64,000 nt of DNA. Source: Eledone cirrhosa. Lineage: Eukaryota. Numbering within the stretch: position 1 is the stretch's first letter; each line of letters opens with the position of its first letter. Shown here piece by piece: positions 40,163-53,500 of the stretch. The position numbers and the translations under genes are program-made. The stretch covers positions 24,118,001 to 24,182,000 of the forward strand of contig OZ024764.1 in NCBI GenBank assembly GCA_964016885.1. Direction: 5' to 3'. A model generated the notes under the pieces. That model saw nothing but the letters and a program-made list of their open reading frames with translations. It searched no databases and was not told where the DNA came from.

Positions 40163-40415
40163 CTGTAAGGTGGTCATGTTGATGACATGACAAAAAGTAC
40201 CCAGTCCACACTGTAAAGTGGTCATGTGGGTGTCACAACAAAAAGTACCCAGTCCACACTGTAAAGTGGTCATGTAGGTGTCATGACAAACAACACCCAG
40301 TCCACACTGTAAAGTGGTCATGTAGGTGTCACAACAAACAACACCCAGTCCACACTGTAAAGTGGTCATGTAGGTGTCACAACAAACAACACCCAGTCCA
40401 CTCTGTAAAGTGGTC
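40163..40415 (+). repeat. 48-bp satellite unit, ~5 copies
   Basis: Same unit as 21783-26325. Confidence 0.9.
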
Positions 40416-40629
40416 AATGGCATCAAGTGACTAAGAGTACACAACTTTCCCCTGGGACAGGACGCCATCTGTGTGTATATCATGACTCGTACACTGTTCA
40501 CTTTCCCGATATTTGTACAATATTCTATGTACTATACATGCACCTTTGATTAGTTGTAGTGCACCTGAGCTCTGTACACAATCATTTTCATTCCATTATT
40601 GCAGGTTTGATGTTTATCTGGAGCCCAGA

Positions 40630-40872
40630 GGCAGATCAGGTCGGCGCTTGTCCCAGTTTCTGTGGCAATAGGGACTGAGACTCCTCCCTGGACAGGACAC
40701 CAGTCCATCACAGGGTTAAACCCCCAGCTATTACTGGTACTTATTTCAGCTGAGTTTACTGGAGCAACGTGAAATGAAGTGTTTTGCTCAAGAACACAAC
40801 ACGCAACTCAGAAATCAAACCCACAACATTATGATTGAAGTCCAACACCCTTACCACTTGGCCACGTGCCTC
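40630..40872 (-). mobile_element. tRNA-derived SINE (degenerate)
   Basis: Minus strand GGCACGTGGCCAAGTGG head and TTCTTGAGCAAAACACTTCA core. Confidence 0.65.
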
Positions 40873-40897
40873 CACTGTATATACATGAGGCATTTAT

Positions 40898-41420
40898 ATC
40901 ATCATCATCATCATCGTTTAATGCCTATCTTCCACGCTAGCATGGGTTAGACGGGAATTGTCCCACTTGAGGCAAGATTGGTCAGGTGACTATGTCTCAC
41001 TCATATAGGTTTTCTACGGCTGGATGCCCTTCCTAACACCAACCACATTTACAGTGTGGACTGTGTACTTTACCGTGTCTCCTACATGACCACATTACAG
41101 TATGGGCTGGGTACTTTTTGTCGTGACACCTACACTACCTCATTTATTTTGGACTGGATGTTGTGGTACCAACATAACTTTACAGAGAAATTGTGGTGTT
41201 GGTGGGAGTGGGAGCATGGAGTAGGGGTAGTGGGAGGGGTGGGGAGTGTATATTTGGTTAGGAGGGGCCTACTGACTGTAGGTTAACTTTGCACGTATGG
41301 AAGGCGGGTCTTCTGTATTACTGTGTAGTCTCGGTCCAGTGACATTGTCTTGGAGAGGTGTAAGTGTGCGAGGTCAGATTTTATCACCTCGTCCCAGGTT
41401 TTTCGAGGTCTACCTACCAG
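40898..41420 (-). mobile_element. Short RTE 3' fragment
   Basis: GRPRKTWDEVIKSDLAHLHLS on the minus strand, followed by a 3' UTR with two 48-mer-like units and (GAT)n. Confidence 0.75.
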
Positions 41421-41761
41421 ATAGCAAGTTAACAAATATGTTGGCAAACAGGAACCACTCCTTGTGAGGGTGACAAGGTGGAAGCTTGCCTGGTCATATA
41501 TCCTGCCACAACCATCCTTCAGGGCTCAGTCGAGGATGGGGAAACAAGTGGCCGACAAATCCTCGTCTGACATCAGAGACATGACTGGTCACAACACTGA
41601 GACAGAAAATAGGGACCAGGGGCGCCGGATGACAACGCAAGAGTGTCTAGAGTGGTTCCCAACAACTGGTGCAGCAGGGGCAGATCTAGAGTGACCCCAT
41701 CACCGACTGGCTGTACCAGTTGTGGAACCTCTCTCTCTCTCTCTCTCTCCGATTCTCTTAC

Positions 41762-41823
41762 CTTTTCCTTCAACAGCAGATTTTTTCCTGTCGACAACAA
41801 GTTGCATCACCTTTGTCCCAAGT
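41762..41823 (-). CDS. RPGRIP1L: RPGRIP1L coding exon (62 nt, phase 2-1): (R)LGTKVMQLVVDRKKSAVEGK
   Basis: Acceptor ttttactgttacag|A, donor AAG|gtaaga; resembles RMATKLIRLVNDKKR. Confidence 0.88.
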
Positions 41824-41862
41824 CTGTAACAGTAAAATATATATATATATATACATATATAC

Positions 41863-42203
41863 ATCATCATCATCATCATCACTTTACGTCCACTTTCCCC
41901 TGCTTGCAAGGGTGGGACGGGAACTGATTGTGGCTTGATTTCTCCAGCCTGATGCCCTTCCTAACACCAACCTCATTTACAGTGAGTGCTGGGTGCCTTT
42001 TTGTTGTGGCACCTCCACGACCACTTTGCAGTGGAATGATAGGGACGCCAGTCCCTATCATCTCATTTCTACAGCTGAGTAAACTGGAGCAATGTGAAAT
42101 AAAGTGTCTTGCTCAAGGAAACAACACCTCACCCGGTCTGAGAATTGAACTCACAACCTTTCGATTGCAAGGCCAATGCTCTAACCACTAAGCCATGTGC
42201 CTC
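41863..42203 (-). mobile_element. Near full-length tRNA-derived SINE with RTE-type tail
   Basis: Box A/B on the minus strand; near-identical to 32061-32376. Confidence 0.85.
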
Positions 42204-42223
42204 CATACATATATATATATATA

Positions 42224-43113
42224 CGAGGTGTGTCAGAAAAGTTCCAGGACTGATGTCACAAAAGATTTATTTCAAACCCAAACCACTAAGAGTTTTCTCC
42301 TTCAAAGTAATCCCCCTGGAGTATGTAACTAATCTTAGCTCTCTGCAGCGATCAAACTTTTTTCTTCATAATTTTATATACATGTCCTCTGTTTCAGGTC
42401 GTCAAGCAATGAGCACAGAGCAACGAAAAAACTTGAAAACTCCGTCAGAAGCACTGGGATTGCTGCAGCAAGTGTATGGAGATGAGACGATGTCACGCTC
42501 ACGTGTTTTTGAGTGGTGCAAGAGGTTTAAAGAAGGACGCGAGGACGTGGAAGATGACCCCAGGAGCGGAAGGCCCTCAACAACCAGGACTGAGGTCAAC
42601 GTTGAGTGCGTCAGGCAGATGGTGCGTAGTGATCGTCGGCTGACTGTTCGACTGATGGCAAAGGAGCTGGGCAAGAATTGGGACAGCGTCTGGAAGATTC
42701 TCACTGAAGATTTGGACATGCGGAAAGTCTGCGCGAAGATGGTGCCAAAACTGCTGAATGATGACCAGAAGGGTCGACACATGCAAGTGTGCCAGGACAT
42801 CCTCGAGCGTCTTGAAACCGAACCAGATTTGCTAGGGACAATCATCACCAGTGATGAGTCATGGATCTTCGAGTACGACCGGGAAGGGACCCATTTTGAA
42901 GACGTGGATGACATCAAAAAGGCCGTGACGACGGAACCGCGGAGGATCCCGTAAGAATCCTTCCAGGAGTGCATGCAAGTGTGGCAGAAAAGGATGAAAA
43001 AGTGCATTAGACTCCAGGGGGATTACTTTGAAGGAGAAAACTCTTAGTGTGAAGTTTGGGTTTGAAATAAATCTTTTGTGACATCAGTCCTGGAACTTTT
43101 CTGACCCACCTCG
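42224..43113 (+). mobile_element. Internally deleted mariner (Tc1/mariner) transposon
   Basis: ~60-bp TIRs (CGAGGTGTGTCAGAAAAGTTCCAGGACTGATGTCACAAAAGATTTATTTCAAACCCAAA and its complement), TA on both flanks; transposase HTH (VFEWCKRF...EDDPRSGRP), MVPKLL linker and TSDESW fused to the C-terminus. Confidence 0.95.
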
Positions 43114-43335
43114 TATATCTCAACATCATCATTTTACATCCACTTCCCCATCCAAACAAACAAGTCAACTCTGATTGATTTTAAGTCTCTCATAGGGTCA
43201 CTCCCTTGACAAGGGGTTTTTAAACCTGAAAATATTTGGGATTAAATTTGCTAAGGTAAGATTATTTTGTTATCTTGGCAATTTAACATTCTTCATAACA
43301 CATTGTGTTGGTCTTCAAAATTTAAATTTGTGTTT

Positions 43336-43386
<51 letters not shown>

Positions 43387-43532
43387 TTTTTTCCGTTGTG
43401 TTGTAATATAAATATTACACACAGTAGATTATCAGCTCACGTAGAGTTTGCTCGACGGTTCCAGTTGTAGTTCCAAAAGTAATCCGGAGAAAAATAGAAA
43501 GATTTGAATGGATACAGTTTAGTTGAAAGGAA

Positions 43533-43656
43533 TTTATTGACACGTGTTTCTATAACAGTTACATAACCTAAAACAGTTGCTATCTACAAACTTTTAGTTA
43601 TGCAGACATTCAATATTTCAATGTTATTATTTACTGTCATTTCATCAGAATAATAT
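43533..43656 (-). ncRNA. Hammerhead ribozyme in the inverted pLTR (sense to RPGRIP1L pre-mRNA)
   Basis: Reverse-complement copy of 47026-47146. Confidence 0.7.
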
Positions 43657-44137
43657 TACTGAGGACCTATTTAGTTTTTATAGAGAATATTAGGAGGGAG
43701 GGGTGAAGTTGTTAGAAGAATAGTTGAAGGAGTGGTTTTTCGATAGCAGTGAGAATTCTTGGTGGCAGTGAGTAATTAGATTCCCATCTGTTGTTTTGAC
43801 ATTTTTTATAGAATATATTATTGGTTATTTTTCTAAATCTATAGAAGGATTAGAGATAGTAAAGATATGCGTGGTTGGTTTTGTGTTTGCACTTAACATT
43901 CAGACTTAAATTTTTCTTTCAAGTGTACGTATTCTTTCACCCACGCATTCACACACAAATATATTTGCACACCTCTACAAAATACATATACTCACAATTC
44001 ACATATTCATACTTACATATATATACACATGCATACACATATATATACACACATGTATTCATGTACATACATACGCGCTCATGTGTATACATTTTCATAC
44101 TCAACTTATCTTTATATATACACACGTATAGACACAC

Positions 44138-46075
44138 TATGGATTGCACTACATACAACAACTTCATTCGAAAAGAATTACATAAAAAATATAGAAAAAC
44201 GAGTGAAGTAACCCTTAAGCACATCAATGATGAGGCATGCGAAATAGTGAAAAATCTCGGAATCGAAGATAGGACAGGACCACTCTTACCGGCGGTACCC
44301 ACCTTCAATCTTAAGGACCACAAGGTAAACTTTGATAATGACCCTAAAATTAGATTAATCTGCCCCTCTAAATCAGATATAGGTAAAATAAGCAAATATA
44401 TCTTAGATAGAATCATCCCCCAAATTAAGGCTAAGGTTAACATTAAACTCTGGGGGAAGACCCAAGAAGCAATAAGATGGTTTAATAGCATTAGCAATAA
44501 GAATAAATCTAAGTTTATCCAGTTTGATATCGATGAATATTACTCATCGATATCACCTGAAACTTTGAATAGAGCCATTAAGTTTGCTAAGGATAACTCT
44601 GACCTTACAAACGATGAAATTAAGATTATATTAGAAGCTAGGAAAACTATAGTCAAATTTGAGAACAGTTATTGGGTACGTAAAGATAGACCCTCTAACT
44701 TTGACATAACAATGGGCTCTAACGATTCGGCGGAAATAACTGATATTGTGGGGTTATTTATCGCCTTTAGACTCCAGGAAAAATTCAGCAATCTCCACGG
44801 CGGAATATACCGCGACGATGTTCTCCTCCTAGCTAAAAACCTTAATAACCAAAAACTAGAAAAACTACGCAAAGATATAAGAAAACTACTACTCGAAATA
44901 GGACTAACTATAACATATGAATACAACCTTAAAGTAGTTAACTTCCTGGATGTCACACTCAATTTAAACTCTGGTTTGATTAAACCGTTTCATAAATTGA
45001 ATGAAAATCTCAAATACGTAAATGTTGGGTCTAACCACCCCATCTCTATAATTAAATCTATCCCTAAAAATATTTCCCTTAGAATCTCGGGTCTATCTTC
45101 TAACATACAAGTATTTAAGGAACACGCCGAGTACTACGATAACGCCCTTAGTAAAGCAGGCTACCTCAACAAAATAGAGTACATAGATGGGAACAATCAA
45201 AACACCCAAAATAAATCCCACATAGGTAGATATAATAACACAACACCAAACCACACTTACTACCATAGTATGCACACCAGTAAACCAACAAACAAAACTA
45301 ATAGAAAGCGATGCAAAGAGTACTTATGGTATAACCCCGAATACAATAGCTCCATTAGTACAAATTTACCAGTACTCTTCTTTAAAATAATTAAAAGACA
45401 TTTTCCCACATCACACAAATACCACAAAATCCTAAACCCTACCACTATAAGACTGTCATACTCTACAGCGTTAAACCTTGAACAACACATAAAAAAGATC
45501 AATACTAGAAGGTTAAACGAAAACACTAAGAACTTAAGTACAAAGAACCCCAAAAAAACAGTAGACAATACACTACAGAACATAATAAACCACACCTAAG
45601 TTCGTCCGCAATACTACTCCAGAGAAAACCCAACGTACACAACTGTAACTGCACCTATCCTGACAACTGCCCCCTCGGCAATAACTGCCTGGAAAAAAAT
45701 ATTATTTATAAGTGTACCATTAAATCCGGAGGCAACGAGTGGTATTACGTGGGATCAACGGCAACATCGTTTAAATCTCGATTGTATAGGCATTCTTACT
45801 CAATAAAACACCAGAGCCAAAGAAATGTAACAACTTTAGCAGAAAAAGCTTGGACGCTCAGGGATAGCAATCAAAAGTTTACCCTAAAATGGGAAAAATT
45901 AGCTAAAACCCAGAGCTTTTCCAGGAGCCAAAATTTCTGCAAATTGTGTAATCTTGAGATTTATTACATAATCACACACAAGAAGAAACTGCTGAATAAC
46001 AGAATTGAACGAACATTATTCTGCCGTCACAGAACTAAAACCCTTTTTTCCCACTACAAGCAGAATATTACATAA
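44138..46075 (+). pseudogene. PLE reverse transcriptase + GIY-YIG endonuclease ORF, N-truncated, one frameshift near 45555-45600
   Basis: FIQFDIDEYYSSIS, ITMGSNDSAEITDIVG, IYRDD, NFLDVTL; second frame gives NCNCTYPDNCPLGNNCL..IIYKC..YYVGST..FKSRLYRH..CKLCNLE..LLN..CRH. Confidence 0.9.
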
Positions 46076-46384
46076 AAGAGGGACATCCCCCAACTATATA
46101 AACCTTAATCTAGTTAGAAAAATATAAAAACAATCTCTTCTCAACATATATTAATAACCTTAAATTACCATACTAATAATGAAAAGATATGCTGATGAGA
46201 ATAGGTACAAATATGCGATAATGAATGTGTCTAAAAACGTCCATAAGTATGTATATATATGTGAAAATGTATATAAATAAGTAAATATATATATATGTTT
46301 GATGTGTATAGTTAGATGTAAGTGTATTCATGTATTAAAGTGCTTATATATGTATATATGTGTGTGTGTATATGTATATGTGTG

Positions 46385-46458
<74 letters not shown>

Positions 46459-47025
46459 TATATGTGTATGTATGTATGTGTATATGGATGTGTATGTATG
46501 TGTATGTGTGTACACATGGACTAGAGTATGTATGTATATATGTGTGTGTCTATACGTGTGTATATATAAAGATAAGTTGAGTATGAAAATGTATACACAT
46601 GAGCGCGTATGTATGTACATGAATACATGTGTGTATATATATGTGTATGCATGTGTATATATATGTAAGTATGAATATGTGAATTGTGAGTATATGTATT
46701 TTGTAGAGGTGTGCAAATATATTTGTGTGTGAATGCGTGGGTGAAAGAATACGTACACTTGAAAGAAAAATTTAAGTCTGAATGTTAAGTGCAAACACAA
46801 AACCAACCACGCATATCTTTACTATCTCTAATCCTTCTATAGATTTAGAAAAATAACCAATAATATATTCTATAAAAAATGTCAAAACAACAGATGGGAA
46901 TCTAATTACTCACTGCCACCAAGAATTCTCACTGCTATCGAAAAACCACTCCTTCAACTATTCTTCTAACAACTTCACCCCTCCCTCCTAATATTCTCTA
47001 TAAAAACTAAATAGGTCCTCAGTAA

Positions 47026-47146
47026 TATTATTCTGATGAAATGACAGTAAATAATAACATTGAAATATTGAATGTCTGCATAACTAAAAGTTTGTAGATA
47101 GCTGTTTTAGGTTATGTAACTGTTATAGAAACACGTGTCAATAAAT
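47026..47146 (+). ncRNA. Type I hammerhead ribozyme with long stem-II insertion
   Basis: TTATT-CTGATGA-a-ATGACAGT[~70 nt]ACTGTTAT-a-GAAA-CACGTG-TC-AATAA; palindromic stem III, GUC triplet. Confidence 0.72.
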
Positions 47147-47176
47147 TCCTTTCAACTAAACTGTATCCATTCAAAT

Positions 47177-47233
<57 letters not shown>

Positions 47234-47450
47234 TATATATAGATAGATAGATATATATTCAGGTTTGAGGTTCACCACTGTATAGAGCTGGTCTATTCCG
47301 TATGGTCAATCGTAATGCAATAATATAGAGAGTACTCAACGTAAAGCAGTTCAACCGTCTTTGTTTTTGTAGTTGGTGGTGCTATTACGGAGTTAAATAT
47401 TATAATGAAATGACAGGAGCCTGGATTTGTGTAAATCCTTGAAAGGTTTA

Positions 47451-47512
47451 TTATACTATGATCATTTCAATGACCGGGTTCCGTATGAATCCGGTGACAT
47501 CATCAGGTATTC
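47451..47512 (-). ncRNA. Type I hammerhead ribozyme in a separate PLE pLTR remnant (~47260-47615)
   Basis: Minus strand: ATAC-CTGATGA-[ACCGG..CCGGT stem II]-GAAA-TGATCA-TA-GTAT. Confidence 0.7.
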
Positions 47513-47624
47513 GAAATATAATACGTGAATGTAATAGGTAAAATCCATGGGGCTGAAAATCGAGACCCGAGGGCGACCGCTATTCTGTTCCTTCAACCTC
47601 AGCCGGTCGCCCTATGATAGATAG

Positions 47625-47667
<43 letters not shown>

Positions 47668-47775
47668 TATAGATATATAGATATAATAAGAACAAAGTGG
47701 AGATGTTACATAGGAGATTTATTGCTCATTCCTGGTTACAAATGTTTCCCAGGCAGCCGGCTCGTGGTCTGGGAT

Positions 47776-48198
47776 GGCACCCCAGACCAGACTCCAAGAC
47801 CGCCTGATCCTCAGACCAGTGTGGCACCCCAGACCAGACTCCAAGACCGCCTGATCCTCAGACCAGTGTGGCACCCCAGACCAGACTCCAAGACTGCCTG
47901 ATCCTCAGACCAGTGTGGCACCCCAGACCAGACTCCAGGACCGCCTGATCCTCAGACCAGTGTGGCACCCCAGACCAGACTCCAAGACTGCCTGATCCTC
48001 AGACCAGTGTGGCACCCCAGACCAGACTCCAAGACTGCCTGATCCTCAGACCAGTGTGGCACCCCAGACCAGACTCCAAGACTGCCTGATCCTCAGACCA
48101 GTGTGGCACCCCAGACCAGACTCCAGGACCGCCTGATCCTCAGACCAGTGTGGCACCCCAGACCAGACTCCAGGACCGCCTGATCCTCAGACCAGTGT
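47776..48198. repeat. 47-bp minisatellite, ~9 copies
   Basis: Unit GGCACCCCAGACCAGACTCCAAGACCGCCTGATCCTCAGACCAGTGT. Confidence 0.95.
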
Positions 48199-48262
48199 TG
48201 ACACAGCAAAAATCCCATCAAATCTGTGGACGAATTAGCCAGACACAAACAAGCATATAGAC

Positions 48263-48522
48263 CAGGCATGGGCCACCTAATTCGAGAAGAGGGCCACATG
48301 AGATATAGCTCATCATCAGGTGGGCCGCAAGCACTAATTTACATTCGTGTCCACATTAAAAACAAGGGGAGGTAATTCCTACATGTTGTTTTCCTCGTAA
48401 AATTGATAGAAAGATAAATTACAACTGAAAAGTTGGGGGTAAAAAATATCAGAAAGATTTCACTTAGGTGAGTTAGGCGGGCCATTGAGGCAGCTTCGCG
48501 GGCCACAGGTTACCCATGGCTG
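48263..48522 (+). mobile_element. hAT-like MITE
   Basis: TIRs CAGGCATGGGCCAC / GTTACCCATGGCTG, degenerate 8-bp TSD; homologous copy at 60409-60724. Confidence 0.72.
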
Positions 48523-48634
48523 GTGTAGAATGACTAAACACTGACTCACGTATCCCAACTATTACAACAATAAACTGTTATAAACTAAAACAAAATTAAC
48601 GGATAGAAATACAGAAATATATCCACGTATATAT

Positions 48635-49475
48635 CACACACACAGGGGCATACACACACACACACACAGGGGCATACATACACACACACACAGGGGCATA
48701 CACACACACACACAGGGGCATACACACACACACAGGGGCATACACACACACACACACAGGGGCATACACACACACACACAGGGGCATACACACACACACA
48801 GGGGCATACACACACACACACAGGGGCATACACACACACACACACACAGAGGCATACACACACACACACACAGGGGCATACGCACACACACACACACACA
48901 GGGGCATACACACACACACACACACACAGGGGCATACACAGACACACACACACAGGGGCATACACACACACACACACACACACACAGGGGCATACACACA
49001 CACACACAGGGGCATACACACACACACACACACAGGGGCATACACACACACACACAGAGGCATACACACACACACACACACACACACAGGGGCATACGCA
49101 CACACACACACACACACACAGGGGCATACACACACACACAGTGGCATACACACACACACACACAGGGGCATACACACACACACACACACAGAGGATTACA
49201 CACACACACACACACAGGGGCATACACACACACACACACACACACAGGGGCATACACACACACACACACACACACAGAGGCATACACACACACACACACA
49301 CAGGGGCATACACACACACACACAGGGGCATACACACACACACAGGGGCATACACACACACACACAGGGGCATACACACACACACACAGGGGCATACACA
49401 CACACACACACACACACAGGGGCATACACACACACACACACACACACAGGGGCATACACACACACAGGGGCATAC
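48635..49475. repeat. Compound microsatellite [(CA)n GGGGCAT]n
   Basis: Direct observation. Confidence 0.95.
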
Positions 49476-49546
49476 AATACCTACGCACTCTCCCACATGT
49501 AGAAATTGTACACGTACAAACATATACATACACACACACACACACA

Positions 49547-49641
49547 GTAGTGGTAGTAGTAGTAGTAGAAGTAGTAGTAGTAGTAGCAGCAGTAGTAGCA
49601 ACAGTAGTAGTAGTAGTAATAGCAGTAGTAGTAGTAGTAGC

Positions 49642-49718
<77 letters not shown>

Positions 49719-49750
49719 TAATAGTAGTAGTAGCAGTAGTAGTAGTAGTG

Positions 49751-49790
<40 letters not shown>

Positions 49791-49866
49791 CAGTAGTGGT
49801 AGTAGTAGTAGCAACAGTAGTAGTAGTAGTAGCAGTAGTAGTAGCAGTAGCAGTAGTAGTAGCAAC

Positions 49867-49898
<32 letters not shown>

Positions 49899-49899
49899 C

Positions 49900-49943
<44 letters not shown>

Positions 49944-50173
49944 CAGTAGTAGCAGCAGTAGTAGTAGCAGTAGTAGTAGTAGTGGTAGTAGTAGTAGTAG
50001 TAGCAGTAGTAGCAGCAGTAGTAGTAGCAGTAGTAGTAGTAGTAGTAGCAGTAGTAGTAGTAGTAGTAGTAGTAGTAGCAGTAGTAGTAGTAGTAGCAGT
50101 AGCAGTAGTAGTAGTGGTAGTAGTAGTAGCAGTAGCAGCAGTAGTAGTAGCAGTAGTAGTAGCAGTAGTAGTG

Positions 50174-50204
<31 letters not shown>

Positions 50205-50226
50205 CAGTAGTAGTGGTAGTAGCAAC

Positions 50227-50267
<41 letters not shown>

Positions 50268-50275
50268 CAGTAGTA
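49547..50275. repeat. (TAG)n/(CAG)n microsatellite, ~730 bp
   Basis: Direct observation; starts immediately at an exon donor. Confidence 0.97.
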
Positions 50276-50279
50276 TTAC

Positions 50280-50421
50280 CTTTTTAGCCTATCCTCCTGT
50301 TTGTGGCAATGTTTCTTCAGGTAGATGTGATCCTCGTAAAGTCTGAGGTAGCGATCTTCCAAGTCCCCTCGTTTCCATGACGTAATGCTCTTCTTGTGTT
50401 GGTCAGCTTTAGGGTCTGCTA
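50280..50421 (-). CDS. RPGRIP1L: RPGRIP1L coding exon (142 nt, phase 1-2): ADPKADQHKKSITSWKRGDLEDRYLRLYEDHIYLKKHCHKQEDRLK
   Basis: Acceptor cctctctatatacag|TA, donor AG|gtaata; strong resemblance to [31 protein letters not shown]. Confidence 0.92.
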
Positions 50422-50509
50422 CTGTATATAGAGAGGATAACTATTTATATAGACACACAAACATATATATCTATTATTAATTCTGGCAGAATTGCCAGAA
50501 TTAATAATA

Positions 50510-53500
50510 GTTTATCCCTCTTATACAGTTCCTCTCTCAACACATCACATGTCCATACCATCTCAGTCTTCTCTCCCCCACACTACAACTTATCCCTCTT
50601 ATATACAGTTTCTCTCTCAACACACAACATGTCCATACCATCTCAGTCTTCTCTCCCACACACTACAACTTATCCCTCTTATACCCAGTTTCTCTCTCAA
50701 CACATCACATGTCCATATCATCTCAGTCTTCTCTCCCACACACTACAACTTATCCCTCTTATACACAGTTTCTCTCTCAACACATCACATGTCCATACCA
50801 TCTCAGTCTTCTCTCCCCCACACTACAACTTATCCCTCTTATACACAGTTTCTCTCTCAACACATCACATGTCCATACCATCTCAGTCTTCTCTCCCACA
50901 CACCACAACTTATCCCTCTTATACACAGTTTCTCTCTCAACACATCACATGTCCATACCATCTCAGTCTTCTCTCCCACACACCACAACTTATCCCTCTT
51001 ATACCCAGTTTCTCTCTCAACACATCACATGTCCATACCATCTCAGTCTTACCTCCCACACACTACAACTTATCCCTCTTATACCCAGTTTCTCTCTCAA
51101 CACATCACATGTCCATACCATCTCAGTCTTCTCTCCCACACACTACAACTTATCCCTCTTATACCCAGTTTCTCTCTCACCACATCACATGTCCATACCA
51201 TCTCAGTCTTCTCTCCCACACACAACTTATCCCTCTTATACACAGTTTCTCTCTCAACACATCACATGTCCATACCATATCAGTCTTCCCTCCCACACAC
51301 TACAACTTATCCCTCTTATACACAGTTTCTCTCTCAACACACCACATGTCCATACCACCTCAGTCCTCTCTCCCACACACCACAACTTATCCCTCTTATA
51401 CACAGTTTCTCTCTCAACACATCACATGTCCATACCATCTCAGTCTTCTCTCCCACACACCACAACTTATCTCTCTTATACACAGTTTCTCTCTCAACAC
51501 ATCACATGTCCATACCAGCTCAGTCCTCTCTCCCACACACTACAACTTATCCCTCTTATACACAGTTTCTCTCTCAACACACCACATGTCCATACCATCT
51601 CAGTCTTCTCTCCCCCACACTACAACTTATCCCTCTTATACCCAGTTTCTCTCTCAACACATCACATGTCCATACCATCTCAGTCTTCTCTCCCCCACAC
51701 TACAACTTATCCCTCTTATACACAGTTTCTCTCTCAACACATCACATGTCCATACCATCTCAGTCTTCTCTCCCCCACACTACAACTTATCCCTCTTATA
51801 CCCAGTTTCTCTCTCAACACATCACATGTCCATACCATCTCAGTCTTCTCTCCCCCACACTACAACTTATCCCTCTTATACACAGTTTCTCTCTCAACAC
51901 ACCACATGTCCATACCATCTCAGTCTTCTCTCCCACACACCACAACTTATCCCTCTTATACACAGTTTCTCTCTCAACACATCACATGTCCATACCATCT
52001 CAGTCTTCTCTCCCACTCACTACAACTTATCCCTCTTATACAGTTTCTCTCTCAACACATCACATGTCCATACCATCTCAGTCTTCTCTCCCACTCACTA
52101 CAACTTATCCCTCTTATACAGTTTCTCTCTCAACACATCACATGTCCATACCATCTCAGTCTTCTCTCCCCCACACTACAACTTATCCCTCTTATACACA
52201 GTTTCTCACTCAACACATCACATGTCCATACCATCTCAGTCTTCTCTCCCACACACCACAACTTATCCCTCTTATACACAGTTTCTCTCTCAACACACCA
52301 CATGTCCATACCATCTCAGTCTTCTCTCCCACTCACTACAACTTATCCCTCTTATACACAGTTTCTCTCTCAACACATCACATGTCCATACCATCTCAGT
52401 CTTCTCTCCCACACACCACAACTTATCCCTCTTATACACAGTTTCTCTCTCAACACATCACATGTCCATACCATCTCAGTCTTCTCTCCCACTCACTACA
52501 ACTTATCCCTCTTATACCCAGTTTCTCTCTCAACACATCACATGTCCATACCATCTCAGTCTTCTCTCCCCCACACTACAACTTATCCCTCTTATACACA
52601 GTTTCTCTCTCAACACATCACATGTCCATACCATCTCAGTCTTCTCTCCCACTCACTACAACTTATCCCTCTTATACACAGTTTCTCTCTCAACACATCA
52701 CATGTCCATACCATCTCAGTCTTCTCTCCCCCACACTACAACTTATCCCTCTTATACACAGTTTCTCTCTCAACACATCACATGTCCATACCATCTCAGT
52801 CTTCTCTCCCACTCACTACAACTTATCCCTCTTATACAGTTTCTCTCTCAACACATCACATGTCCATACCATCTCAGTCTTCTCTCGCACACACCACAAC
52901 TTATCCCTCTTATACCCAGTTTCTCTCTCAACACATCACATGTCCATACCATCTCAGTCTTCTCTCCCCCACACTACAACTTATCCCTCTTATATACAGT
53001 TTCTCTCTCAACACACCACATGTCCATACCATCTCAGTCTTCTCTCCCCCACACTACAACTTATCCCTCTTATACACAGTTTCTCTCTCAACACATCACA
53101 TGTCCATACCATCTCAGTCTTCCCTCCCACACACCACAACTTATCCCTCTTATACACAGTTCCTCTCTCAACACATCACATGTCCATACCATCTCAGTCT
53201 TCTCTCCCACACACTACACCTTATCCCTCTTATACACAGTTTCTGTCTCAACACATCACATGTCCATACCATCTCAGCCTTCTCTCTCACACACTACAAC
53301 TTATCCCTCTTATACACAGTTTCTCTCTCAACACATCACATGTCCATACCACCTCAGTCTTCTCTCCCACACACCACAACTTATCCCTCTTATACACAGT
53401 TTCTCTCTCAACACACCACATGTCCATACCATCTCAGTCTTCTCTCCCACACACCACAACTTATCCCTCTTATACACAGTTTCTCTCTCAACACATCACA

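Larger units (their letters stand above)
43383..47180 (+). mobile_element. Penelope-like retroelement (Naiad-type), 5'-truncated, with inverted pseudo-LTRs
   Basis: RT plus C-terminal GIY-YIG; 43498-44137 is the reverse complement of 46544-47180; flanked by (TA)n on both sides. Confidence 0.92.

Noticed and set aside
42120-42203. tRNA gene-like box A/B sequences
   Set aside because: These are SINE heads joined to a core and RTE tail, not complete tRNA cloverleaves.
43875-44137. N-terminal part of the 574-aa PLE ORF
   Set aside because: It is the inverted pLTR read through by chance; the same peptide appears at 46312-46806 on the minus strand.
45597-46075. Selenocysteine recoding in the Naiad-type element
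   Set aside because: The break is a frameshift ending in TAA, and the conserved cysteines are TGT/TGC with no in-frame TGA.
46192-46245. CTGATGA after the PLE ORF
   Set aside because: No convincing stem II, GAAA or stem III arrangement.
48585-50346. Poly-Leu/Ser/Val and CV/HT ORFs, and the YI-repeat ORFs elsewhere
   Set aside because: Microsatellite translations.
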